From Steroidobacteraceae bacterium (GTDB lineage Bacteria; Pseudomonadota; Gammaproteobacteria; Steroidobacterales; Steroidobacteraceae), in the NCBI GenBank assembly GCA_036394255.1, contig DASWFL010000048.1, forward strand, positions 1 through 30,341: DNA of 30,341 nucleotides, given 5' to 3'. Positions within the stretch are counted from its first letter, which is position 1, and the number at the start of each line of letters is the position of its first letter. Below the pieces are notes generated by a model. That model had not been told where the DNA came from. It was given only the letters and a program-made list of their open reading frames with translations, and did not search any database. The position numbers and the translations under genes are program-made. Positions 17,660-26,773 of this stretch are shown piece after piece.

Positions 17660-17873
17660 GTGGTGCCCCGTACGCGACGCGACTACGCAGCAAATCTAAA
17701 CGCGCGCTTCGCTAACGCCAAATTATGAGCTTTGCCGAACAGGCAGTTTCTGGGCGTCCGGCCGGCGGCTTTCGATCCATTGCGGCTCCGGGCGCAACTC
17801 AGTCACGTCAGCATGGCAACTCATTGATCGGCAAGTCAGCGCTCACGGGTTCGTGGCAATTTTTGATCCGCTC

Positions 17874-18413
17874 TTAACGCACGTGAAGCGCGATGGCCTC
17901 GCCGAGCCGGTGCAATCCGCCGGATACGTCGACCAACCGCCCGTTCACAAACAAGCCTGGCGAAGTTCGCACGTGGCTGCGCATCGCCCCATCGACCTGT
18001 TCACGCACGCGCTGGCGGTAGATCTCATCATCCAGCGCGGCGGTGAACTGTGCGAGATCCAGCCCCAGCTCGGCGGCGTAGTCGTGCAGCGCCTTACGTT
18101 CCAGTCGTGCCGCCTGGCGCATCAGCAAATCGTGCATCTCCCAAAACTTGCCTTCCGCGGCCGCCGCTTCGGCGGCTTCGGCGGCCATCAGCGCATGGGG
18201 GTGCGCACTCTCGATTGGAAAGTGCCGATAGATCAATCTCAGGGTCGTGGGATGCTGGTCGAGCAGCATGCGCACACCCGGTTCTGCCGCACGGCAGATG
18301 GGACACTCGAAATCCCCGTACTCCACCAGGGTGATTCGCGCCTCGGGTGGGCCCCGCACGTGATCTGTGGGGCCTATCGGTACTTTGAGATCCTGGCCGG
18401 CTTTCTCGGTCAT
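17874..18413 (-). CDS. DsbA/thioredoxin-fold protein
   Basis: Likely start MTEKAGQD. EYGDFECPIC active site, YRHFPI, AAEAAEAAAAEGKFWEMHD, cis-Pro loop TSPGLFVNG. Confidence 0.9.
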   Translation of the reverse strand: MTEKAGQDLKVPIGPTDHVRGPPEARITLVEYGDFECPICRAAEPGVRMLLDQHPTTLRLIYRHFPIESAHPHALMAAEAAEAAAAEGKFWEMHDLLMRQAARLERKALHDYAAELGLDLAQFTAALDDEIYRQRVREQVDGAMRSHVRTSPGLFVNGRLVDVSGGLHRLGEAIALHVR

Positions 18414-18521
18414 CGGTAGCTCTCGATGCTTGAAGGGCAATTGCCGGAAAAATCATGCGCCGGTGGCGTGCAGGATGCAATGTACATGGACTCAGCCCGC
18501 TCCGAATGCAGGGCTCGAAGT

Positions 18522-19949
18522 TCAGCGAGTGAGGCGCGCTCGCTCATACACCGCCTCGAGGAATGCCGCGTGACTCCAGCCGATGCCGCGCGAGGAGGCT
18601 GGGCGGCCGGTGCGCTTGTCGATCTGCTCGTACAGTTGCCCATCCGCCGGCGTGCTCAGCTGCAGGCGCAGCATGATGCGATCGGCCTTGCCGGAGAAGG
18701 CCGCGATCGCCTGGCGATGCAGGGCTGAGCCGGGCGACAGGTTCGTCCCCGGCTTCAGCGCCGTCCAGCTGGACTCGGGCATTGCTGATCTCAGGAAAGC
18801 GGCATTGCGCGCGGTCACGGCCAGGCTCGCACCCTCCTGCAGGCGGGCTGCCAGGCGGTAGTAGTAGGTGGCAAAATCCGCCGTGATGAACACCCAGGGA
18901 TTGCCGCCGTAATAGACGTCCCCGGCGTAGCGCCCGTAACCGAGGCCCACGTCGGGGCGCCGATTGATCGGGTAGCTCGAACGAAACAGCTGCTCGAGCA
19001 CGGCCACGGTCGCCTGCACGCGATCGTCGAGCACGGAATGAGCGGCCGAATCGCGGTCCGCGTCGACCACCGCGATGATGACTTCCGCATCAAGATCGGT
19101 TTTCTTCGCCGTGTAGCCGTCGGTCGCCACGATCGCGAGCTGCGAGCGCAGAAAGCCGCGGGTGGGATCCCAATGATCGTCCAGGAGCAGCGCGAGGCGT
19201 TGCGCCACCTCCCGGTAGTTCGCCACGCGCGCCGCCGGTTCGCCGTGCCCTGCCAGCCAGTCGGCGCCCTTCTCCAGAGCGGCGAGCTGGAGCAGGCGGG
19301 TGTGGTAGCTGTCGGCCTGCAATTCCTCCCAGGCATCGAAGCCGCGTTGATTCCAGACGCTCGCGACGAAGTCCAGATCGGTGCGCAGGACCGCGGTCGC
19401 GAGCGCCTCGAGATCGGGATTGGCGAGATGCACCGATTCCGCGCTGCGCAGAAAGTCCAGCACCGCCAGGGCGCGCAGGGCCGGGCCATCGAATTGAGGC
19501 CGCGACCAGGGAAGCGTATCGACCTGCCCGGTCACCGTGTAGCGCGGCTCACCCAGCCCGTATTTCGAGGGCAGCCCCTGCAGGCGCTGCGAGAGCGCGA
19601 GAAAATCCCTGAACTGCTGTTCAAACTGGCTGCGGCTGGCATAGGGCCTTTGCTGAGCGTAGGCGTCAGCCGCCGCGTGCATCACGAGTGATGAATCCCG
19701 CACCCAGTGGAAGTAGTAGTCGGGATCCTTCTTCTGCAGGGCGCCCACGACTATCCCCGCAAGTGGCGGATCCTCGCCGGCCCGCTTCGGTTCCCGTGGG
19801 GAGATGTTCTCCAGCATGTGCTGCCAGGAGCGCTCCTCCTGCTGCGCCAGCCAGAGGGCCAAAGGGGCGGGCGCTGCGGCGCCCGCTGCCTGCCAGGCGC
19901 AGGCCCACAGCACTGCACAGCCCACATAGGAGTTGCGGTCGCCGAACAT
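18522..19949 (-). CDS. GH15 glucoamylase (glucan 1,4-alpha-glucosidase), fungal-like catalytic domain only, with signal peptide
   Basis: PDYYFHWVRDSSL, LGEPRY, WSRPQFDGPALRA, FDAWEE (acid), GRYAGDVYYGGNPW, LYEQ (base), WSHAAFL. Confidence 0.88.
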   Translation of the reverse strand: MFGDRNSYVGCAVLWACAWQAAGAAAPAPLALWLAQQEERSWQHMLENISPREPKRAGEDPPLAGIVVGALQKKDPDYYFHWVRDSSLVMHAAADAYAQQRPYASRSQFEQQFRDFLALSQRLQGLPSKYGLGEPRYTVTGQVDTLPWSRPQFDGPALRALAVLDFLRSAESVHLANPDLEALATAVLRTDLDFVASVWNQRGFDAWEELQADSYHTRLLQLAALEKGADWLAGHGEPAARVANYREVAQRLALLLDDHWDPTRGFLRSQLAIVATDGYTAKKTDLDAEVIIAVVDADRDSAAHSVLDDRVQATVAVLEQLFRSSYPINRRPDVGLGYGRYAGDVYYGGNPWVFITADFATYYYRLAARLQEGASLAVTARNAAFLRSAMPESSWTALKPGTNLSPGSALHRQAIAAFSGKADRIMLRLQLSTPADGQLYEQIDKRTGRPASSRGIGWSHAAFLEAVYERARLTR

Positions 19950-20026
19950 CTGCCCGAGTTTATCCTCTGATAAGATCCCGGGGGGCTCAAATTATTTGGG
20001 CAAAATCCCAGGGCCGGGAGACTTTG

Positions 20027-21157
20027 ATGCGCAGGCCGACCGTTCGCTCATGGCTGCTGTTCTGGACCGCGATGGTCGCGGTCAGCGCTGGTGCGCCGGC
20101 GGTGGCGCAGTTGAAAACCCGCAACGTCGTGCTGATCGTGTCTGACGGCCTGCGCTGGCAGGAAGTGTACTCGGGCGCCGACCTCAGCCTGCTCGATGAT
20201 CCGAAAAGCGGCATGTGGGAGAGCGCGGCGAGCCTCAAGAAGCGCTTCTGGAACGACGATCCGGCCGCGCGCCGCCGCTTGCTGATGCCTTTCATGTGGG
20301 ACGTGATCGCGAAGCAGGGTCAGCTGTTCGGCAATCAGGCCGTGGGCAGTATCGCCCGGGTGACCAATGGCGTGGCCTATTCCTATCCCGGCTACAACGA
20401 GATGCTCACCGGGCACCCCGACCCGCGGATCGATCGCACCGATATCGACGGCAACAACTACGGGCCGAACCCCAACGTCACCGTGTTCGAGTGGCTCAAC
20501 GGCCGGCCCGGCCTCAAGGGCAAGGCAGCGGTCTTCGGCAGCTGGACCTGGTTTACGGATGTCTTCAACGAAGGGCGCAGTCATCTGGATCTGCGGGTCG
20601 GGCCCCGGCTCCCGCCGGCAGACAAGCCGACGCCGCGCCAGGCGTTGCTCGAGCGTCTCTATCGCACCACCACTGCGCAGGAAGAAGGGGAGGTTCCCGA
20701 TTCTTTCGTCCAGGCGCGCCTGCTCGATTACCTGAAATCGAACCACCCCCGGGCGCTCTTCGTGGGCTACGGCGAGACCGATGACTGGGGTCACGCCGGA
20801 CGCTACGATCTGATCCTGGAGGCCGCGCATCATATGGACCTGTTCGTGCGCGAGCTGTGGGAGACCATGCAGGCGATGCCCGAGTACCGCGACCAGACCA
20901 CCTTCATCATCACCACCGATCACGGGCGTGGCAGTGGCCTGGTGGACTGGAAGGAACACGGCGTGGCGCAGAAAGGTTCGGAGAACATCTGGATCGCGAC
21001 CATCGGCCCCGACACGCCACCACTGGGCGAGCGGCACGGCCCACCCGCCGTCGCCCAGGCGCAGATCGCGGCCACGTTGGCCGAGTTGCTCGGCCAGGAC
21101 TATCGTTCCGCGGTGCCACTGGCGGCGGCCCCGTTGCCGGTCCTGAGCGGGAACTGA
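20027..21157 (+). CDS. Alkaline phosphatase superfamily protein (secreted/periplasmic)
   Basis: Start MRRPTVRSW with RBS GGGAG and a signal peptide. VVLIVSDGLR, SYPGYNE (nucleophile Ser), GETDDWGH and TTDHGRG metal-binding motifs. Confidence 0.85.
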   Translation: MRRPTVRSWLLFWTAMVAVSAGAPAVAQLKTRNVVLIVSDGLRWQEVYSGADLSLLDDPKSGMWESAASLKKRFWNDDPAARRRLLMPFMWDVIAKQGQLFGNQAVGSIARVTNGVAYSYPGYNEMLTGHPDPRIDRTDIDGNNYGPNPNVTVFEWLNGRPGLKGKAAVFGSWTWFTDVFNEGRSHLDLRVGPRLPPADKPTPRQALLERLYRTTTAQEEGEVPDSFVQARLLDYLKSNHPRALFVGYGETDDWGHAGRYDLILEAAHHMDLFVRELWETMQAMPEYRDQTTFIITTDHGRGSGLVDWKEHGVAQKGSENIWIATIGPDTPPLGERHGPPAVAQAQIAATLAELLGQDYRSAVPLAAAPLPVLSGN

Positions 21158-22633
21158 TTGTCGGCATCGCCCACGAGCGTGGCCGCAGAGGCGGGAATCC
21201 TCGCCTGCGGTGCCTACGTGCCGCAGCGCCGCCTGCAGCGCACCGCGATCAGCGCCCTGCACGACTGGTTTGCACCCGCTCTCAGGAATGCTGCGCGCGG
21301 TGAGCGCGCAGTCGCGGACTGGGACGAGGACAGCATCACGATGGCGGTGGAGGCGGGGCGCGATTGCCTCGACGGAATCGATCGCACCACAATCGGCTCG
21401 CTCTCGCTCGCCTCGACCACCCTGCCCTACGCCGACCGCCAGAACGCGGGCGTCATCAAGGAAGCGCTGAGCCTGCCCGACGCGATCGGAGTACTCGACG
21501 TGACCGGCAGCCAGCGTGCCGCGACCTCCGCGCTCATCCAGGCGCTGCAAGCAGCCGCTGCGATCAAGCGGCCGCAGCTGTGCCTGGCCGCCGATCGGCG
21601 CGTGGCGCGTCCCGCGTCCGAGGCCGAATTACTCCAGGGCGATGCGGCCGCGGCCCTGCTCGTCGGACAAGGCGAGCTGATCGCCCGTCTGCTGGGTTCG
21701 CGCAGTGTCAGCGTCGATTTCGTCGACCACTTCAGGGCCGCGGGCGAGCCGCTGGACTATGCCTGGGAAAGCCGCTGGATCCGCGATGAAGGTCACCTCG
21801 CCATCATCGCCAAGGCCCTCGGCGACGGACTCAGGGCATTCGGCGTGCAGCCGGGCGAAATCGATCGCCTGCTGATTCCGATCCCGATTCGCGGCGTGGT
21901 CGAGGCCATCGCCAGGGCCGCCGGGTGCCGTTCCGAGTCCATCTCCGATAACCTGGTAGACACAATCGGAGACAGCGGCGTCGCCCACCCGCTCCTCGTG
22001 CTGGCGCATGCCCTCGAAACGGCGCGTCCGCGCGAGAAGCTCCTGCTGGTCGGCTTCGGCCAGGGCTGCGACCTGCTGCTGTTTGAAACGACCGCGGCCA
22101 TTGCGCGCACCCCGCGGCGCATGCCGGTGACCGAGGCACTGGCGCGCGGACAGCCGGATGAAAATTATCTGCGCTTCCTGTTCCATCGCGGCTTGCTCCA
22201 ACTCGAGCGCGGCATGCGCGCGGAAGCGGAGCAGAAGCAGCCCGGGACAACGCTGTACCGCAACCGCCGGACCGTGCTTGGCCTGGTCGGCAGTCGTGAC
22301 ACGCGTACGGGCGCCGTGCAGTATCCGCCCGCCGAAATTTCGGTGCATACGGGCGAATCCACCGCCGGGACGCACGAGGACTACCCTCTGGCGGAAAGGC
22401 TAGGGCGTATCGTCAGCTACACGGCGGATCGCCTCGCCTACACCCCTTCGCCGCCCCTGTACTATGGTGTGATCGACTTTGAAGGCGGAGGCCGCATGGC
22501 CGTTGAATTCGCCGATGCGAGCAGCGAGTTGCTCGCGGTGGGCCGGGGCGTCCGGATGGTGTTCCGCATCAAGGGCGTCGACGAGCTGCGCCATTTCACC
22601 AAGTACTACTGGAAAGCCGCGCCGGTGCGGTAG
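21158..22633 (+). CDS. HMG-CoA-synthase-like (thiolase fold) / DUF35 OB-fold fusion protein
   Basis: GAYVP.RRL, WDEDSITMAVEAG, GDAAAALLVG, IGDSGVAHPLL, GFGQGCD, then a C-terminal OB-fold GRIVSYTAD...YYGVIDFEGGGR...VRMVFR. The start (TTG 21158) is uncertain. Confidence 0.85.
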   Translation: MSASPTSVAAEAGILACGAYVPQRRLQRTAISALHDWFAPALRNAARGERAVADWDEDSITMAVEAGRDCLDGIDRTTIGSLSLASTTLPYADRQNAGVIKEALSLPDAIGVLDVTGSQRAATSALIQALQAAAAIKRPQLCLAADRRVARPASEAELLQGDAAAALLVGQGELIARLLGSRSVSVDFVDHFRAAGEPLDYAWESRWIRDEGHLAIIAKALGDGLRAFGVQPGEIDRLLIPIPIRGVVEAIARAAGCRSESISDNLVDTIGDSGVAHPLLVLAHALETARPREKLLLVGFGQGCDLLLFETTAAIARTPRRMPVTEALARGQPDENYLRFLFHRGLLQLERGMRAEAEQKQPGTTLYRNRRTVLGLVGSRDTRTGAVQYPPAEISVHTGESTAGTHEDYPLAERLGRIVSYTADRLAYTPSPPLYYGVIDFEGGGRMAVEFADASSELLAVGRGVRMVFRIKGVDELRHFTKYYWKAAPVR

Positions 22634-22644
22634 CCGGCGACGCC

Positions 22645-23844
22645 ATGGCCACAGGCATCAAGGACAGGGTCGCGATCCTCGGCATGGGCTGCGCCCGCTT
22701 TGGCGAGCGCTGGGACGCGAGCGCCGAACAGCTGATGGTCGAGGCCTACAATGAAGCGCTCGCCGATGCCGGAATCGGCACGGCGCAGATCGAGGCGGCG
22801 TGGCTCAGTGTGGCCTTCGATGCCATCAATATCGGTCCGTCCGGCATTCCGCTGGCCACGGCGCTGCGCCTGAAGGACATCGGCGCGACCAAGGTCGAAA
22901 ACTACTGCGCCAGCGGCACCGAGGCCTTCCGCGGCGCGGTCTACGCCGTCGCCGCCGGCGCGGCCGACATCGCCCTCGCGCTCGGGGTGGAAAAACTGAA
23001 GGACACGGGCTACGCCGGCCTGCCGATCCGCTCGCGCGGGACGATGCTCGACATGATCGGCGTGAGCGGCTCCGCGCCCGGAAACTTTGCCCAGCTGGCC
23101 GCGGCCTACGGCGCCGAGCACGGCGTGCAGCGCTCTGACCTGAAACGCGCGATGGCGCACGTGTCCGTGAAGAGCCATGCCAACGGCGCGAAGAACCCGA
23201 AGGCGCACTTGCGCAAGGCGATCGATCTGGCCACGGTCCTCAATGCGCCGATCATCGCCGAGCCGCTGGGGCTTTACGATTGCTGCGGCGTCTCCGACGG
23301 CGCGGCCTGCGCGATCGTCACCACCCCGGAGATCGCGCGCGCTCTCGGCAAGCGGGAACTGGTGACGGTCAAGGCCCTGCAGGTCGTCGCCTCCAATGGC
23401 TGGGAGAGCCAAGCCTCGGAGTGGAACGGCAGCTATCTGCATACGACTCGTGTCGCTGCGACGCGCGCCTACGCAGAGGCCGGCATCACCCGGCCGCGCG
23501 AGCAGCTCAGCGTGCTGGAGGTGCACGACTGCTTCTCGATCACCGAACTCGTGGCGATGGAAGACCTGCACATCAGCCCGGTGGGGCGCGGCTGGAGCGA
23601 CGTGCTGGACGGCACCTTCGATGCGGACGGGCCACTGCCCTGCCAACTGGATGGCGGACTGAAGTGCTTTGGGCACCCTATTGGAGCCTCGGGCCTGCGG
23701 ATGCTGTACGAGAATTATCTGCAGCTGCTGGGCCGGGCCGGCGCACGCCAACGCCGGCAGGCGCCTACTCTGGGACTGAGCCACAATCTGGGCGGCATGC
23801 CGACGCAGAGCGTCAGTGCCGTGGCGATCATCGGCCTGCGTTAG
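22645..23844 (+). CDS. SCP2/SCPx-type thiolase (acetyl-CoA acyltransferase family)
   Basis: VENYCASG (catalytic Cys), LYDCCGVSDGAAC, EVHDCFSI, GGLKCFGHPIGASG, HNLGG. Confidence 0.92.
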   Translation: MATGIKDRVAILGMGCARFGERWDASAEQLMVEAYNEALADAGIGTAQIEAAWLSVAFDAINIGPSGIPLATALRLKDIGATKVENYCASGTEAFRGAVYAVAAGAADIALALGVEKLKDTGYAGLPIRSRGTMLDMIGVSGSAPGNFAQLAAAYGAEHGVQRSDLKRAMAHVSVKSHANGAKNPKAHLRKAIDLATVLNAPIIAEPLGLYDCCGVSDGAACAIVTTPEIARALGKRELVTVKALQVVASNGWESQASEWNGSYLHTTRVAATRAYAEAGITRPREQLSVLEVHDCFSITELVAMEDLHISPVGRGWSDVLDGTFDADGPLPCQLDGGLKCFGHPIGASGLRMLYENYLQLLGRAGARQRRQAPTLGLSHNLGGMPTQSVSAVAIIGLR

Positions 23845-23864
23845 CGCATGCGGCGGCGGAACAT

Positions 23865-25190
23865 TCAGGTCTTCGCCAGTGCTTCGGCCAGAGCCACTTC
23901 GACCATCCCCATCGCTTCATCGACGTGCGCGCGCGTGATCATGAGCGGCGGGATGAATCGTACCGTGCTCTGGCCGCAGGAGAGCAGCAGCAGTCCGTTG
24001 TGATAGGCGCGTGTCAGCACCCGCTCGCACAACCCCCTGGCCGGCTTGCGGCTGGCCCGATCACTGATCAGCTCCATGCCGATCATGAGTCCTTTGCCGC
24101 GCACGTCGCCGACGCATTCGAAGCGCTGCTGCAGCTGGCGCAGGGCGTGGATGAAATAGTCACCGACGCTCGCGGCATTGGCGGCGTATTCGCGCTCCAC
24201 CAGATCGAGCGTGGCCAGCGCCGCCGCGCAGCACAGGGGATTACCGCCGAAGGTGTTGCCGTGCGCACCGCGCTTCCACTTTTCCATGTGGCGCCGCCGC
24301 GCGACCATGAGTCCGATGGGCATTCCCGATCCCAGGCCTTTCGCCAGCGTCATGATGTCGGGCGAGACGCCCCAGTGCTGGCTGGCGAACATCTTGCCGG
24401 TACGCCCGATGCCCGATTGCACTTCATCGAAGATAAGCAGGATACCGTGCCGGTCGCACAACTCGCGCAGCCCCTGCAGGAAACCGTCCGGTGGCACCAG
24501 GTACCCGCCCTCGCCCTGGATCGGCTCGACCAGGATCGCGGCCACATCGCTGGCCGGCACATTGGTCTGGAACAGCATGTTTTCGATGTAGTCGAGCACG
24601 GCGCGGCCCTGGTCGGGCCCCGCGAACAGTGGCCGGTACGGGTTGGGGTACGGCACGTGGGTCACGCCCGGCATGGTCGGGGAAAATCCCGCCTGCTGGG
24701 TGTACTTGCTGGCGGTGAAGGCCAGTGAACCCATCGTGCGCCCATGAAAGCCGCCCAGGAACCCGATGAATCTCGGCCGCCCGGTCACGTAGCGCGCCAG
24801 CTTGAGCGCCGCTTCGACCGTCTCGGTGCCGCTCTGGCACGGGAACACCATCACCGGCTCGCGCATGGGATCGAGCGCATTGATCTTCTCGGCCAGGCGC
24901 GTCAGGCGCTCATGCCAGTAATCGCTCGAGATGTGCAGGAAGTCATCGGCCGCTTCCTTGATGGCCTGCACGACGGCTGGATGCGCGTGTCCGGTACTGC
25001 ACACGGCGATGCCGGCGGCGAAGTCCAGGAAGCGGTTGCCGTCCACGTCCCACACTTCCGCGCCACGGCCCTTCGCCATCACGAACGGATAGTCGCGCGG
25101 CAGCGAAGGCGTGGTGACCCCCACATCACGCGCGAGCAGCGCCTGCGCCTTTGGCCCCGGCAGGGCGGTGTGGATGTGGGGTGAACGCAT
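23865..25190 (-). CDS. Class III PLP aminotransferase (GABA/acetylornithine aminotransferase-like)
   Basis: DVDGNRFLDFAAGIAV, GGFHGRT, EPIQGEGG, FDEVQSGIGRTG, DIMTLAKG (PLP Lys), HGNTFGGNP. Confidence 0.93.
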   Translation of the reverse strand: MRSPHIHTALPGPKAQALLARDVGVTTPSLPRDYPFVMAKGRGAEVWDVDGNRFLDFAAGIAVCSTGHAHPAVVQAIKEAADDFLHISSDYWHERLTRLAEKINALDPMREPVMVFPCQSGTETVEAALKLARYVTGRPRFIGFLGGFHGRTMGSLAFTASKYTQQAGFSPTMPGVTHVPYPNPYRPLFAGPDQGRAVLDYIENMLFQTNVPASDVAAILVEPIQGEGGYLVPPDGFLQGLRELCDRHGILLIFDEVQSGIGRTGKMFASQHWGVSPDIMTLAKGLGSGMPIGLMVARRRHMEKWKRGAHGNTFGGNPLCCAAALATLDLVEREYAANAASVGDYFIHALRQLQQRFECVGDVRGKGLMIGMELISDRASRKPARGLCERVLTRAYHNGLLLLSCGQSTVRFIPPLMITRAHVDEAMGMVEVALAEALAKT

Positions 25191-25207
25191 AAGGGTTCCT
25201 TGATTTC

Positions 25208-26773
25208 CTAGTCGACCACGGTCTGCGACTGCTCGCGCAGATATTGTGGCAGGTAGTAGAACGAAGCGATCGCCTTGCCGGTATTGCCTGAGCCCTTCCA
25301 GCCGCCGAAGGCCTGGTAGCCGGGCCAGGCACCCGTGGTGGCGCCTTGCGGCCGGTTGGCGTAGGTAACGCCAGCCTCGATGTGGTCCTGAAACCAGGCG
25401 ATCTCATCGCTCCCACCGTAGAAACCGGCGGTCAGGCCCAGCGGCGAGCGGTTCGCCAGCTGCATGGCCTCGCCGTTCGATGACACGCGCTGCGACATCA
25501 GGATCGGCAGGAACATCTCCTCCTGCCAGAGCGGATGCTCGGGCGGCGCCTCGGCCAGCGTCGGGCGCACAAAAAAGCCCTGCGCCAGCTGGTCGGCACG
25601 CAGCTGTTCCCCGCCGCTCAGCAGCCTACCGCCCTGGGCGCGAAGCAGGGCCGAGTAACGCGCAAAGTTGTCGTACCCGGCCTGCGTCGTCACCGGCCCC
25701 AGCCAGTTCTCCTTCAGCGCCGGATCGCCGATGTGCAGCGCGGCGATGCGCTGCACGATTTTCCCATGCAGGGCATCGGCGACATCTCGATGCACGTAGA
25801 GGCGTGACAGGGCGGAACACTTCTGGCCGCCCATGCCAAATGCGGAGCGGACGATGCCGGTGGCCGCGCGTTCCAGGTCGGCCGAAGCGGTGACGATGCA
25901 GGCGTTCTTGCCGCCCATTTCGGCGACGCAGGGCCGGGGGAAGCGCCCCGCCTGGAGCGAGCGCATGATGTTCATGCCGACTTCATACGAACCCGTGAAG
26001 GTGACACCGGCCGTCAGCGGATGGCCGATCAGCGCCGCGCCGACATCGCTGCTCGAGCCGCTGACATAGTTGAAGACCCCGGGCGGCAGGCCCGCGTCGC
26101 GGATGCAGTCCGCGAGCATGCGGCCCGCCCAGGGCGTGGCGCTGGCGCCCTTCAGGACCACGGTGTTGCCCGTGACCAGCGCGGCGGCGGTCGGGCCGCC
26201 GGCCAGTGCGACCGGGAAGTTGAAAGGCGCGATGACCACCCACACGCCGTAGGGCTTCATCACGCTGCGGTTGCGCGACACCACCGCAGGGATCGGATCA
26301 TTGGGCAGCGCGTGGTCAAAGCCGCCGCCGCGCTCGAAATCATCGCAATACCCCTGGAAGAAATCGGCGGTCTCCTGCACCTCGCCGAGCGCCTCCATGC
26401 GATTCTTGCCGGTCTCGAGCGTCAGGGCCGCGGCCATCTCGTAGACGCGCTCCCCGATAAGCTGGCTGACGCGGCGCAGGAGCTTCATGCGCTTCTTCGC
26501 GTTGGCCCGCCATTCGGGCCAGGCCCGTTGCGCCGCCTGCATGGCCGCATCGACATCCGCCGCGTTGCCGAGCGCAAAGCGACCCAGCAGCTGATTCCGA
26601 TTGGCGGGATTGTGGGTCTGCATCGATTGGCTCGCGTGCCGGTCAGCGCCGTCGACGTACAGGGGGTGCTGTGCGCCCAACCGCGCCAGCGTACGCGTCA
26701 TCGCGGCCTCAAAGCCCGTGTGCAGCTCGGGCGGCGGATCGAACATCGTGGAGTAGGTCAGCTTGAAGCTCAT
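25208..26773 (-). CDS. Aldehyde dehydrogenase (P5CDH/RocA-like subgroup)
   Basis: IAPFNFP, FTGS, catalytic Glu in AEMGGKN, catalytic Cys in GQKCSA, QEEMFLPI, FGGWKGSG. Confidence 0.92.
   Translation of the reverse strand: MSFKLTYSTMFDPPPELHTGFEAAMTRTLARLGAQHPLYVDGADRHASQSMQTHNPANRNQLLGRFALGNAADVDAAMQAAQRAWPEWRANAKKRMKLLRRVSQLIGERVYEMAAALTLETGKNRMEALGEVQETADFFQGYCDDFERGGGFDHALPNDPIPAVVSRNRSVMKPYGVWVVIAPFNFPVALAGGPTAAALVTGNTVVLKGASATPWAGRMLADCIRDAGLPPGVFNYVSGSSSDVGAALIGHPLTAGVTFTGSYEVGMNIMRSLQAGRFPRPCVAEMGGKNACIVTASADLERAATGIVRSAFGMGGQKCSALSRLYVHRDVADALHGKIVQRIAALHIGDPALKENWLGPVTTQAGYDNFARYSALLRAQGGRLLSGGEQLRADQLAQGFFVRPTLAEAPPEHPLWQEEMFLPILMSQRVSSNGEAMQLANRSPLGLTAGFYGGSDEIAWFQDHIEAGVTYANRPQGATTGAWPGYQAFGGWKGSGNTGKAIASFYYLPQYLREQSQTVVD

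Noticed and set aside
20048-21550. 500-aa minus-strand ORF opposite the phosphatase and HMGCS-like genes
   Set aside because: Antisense shadow spanning two real genes.
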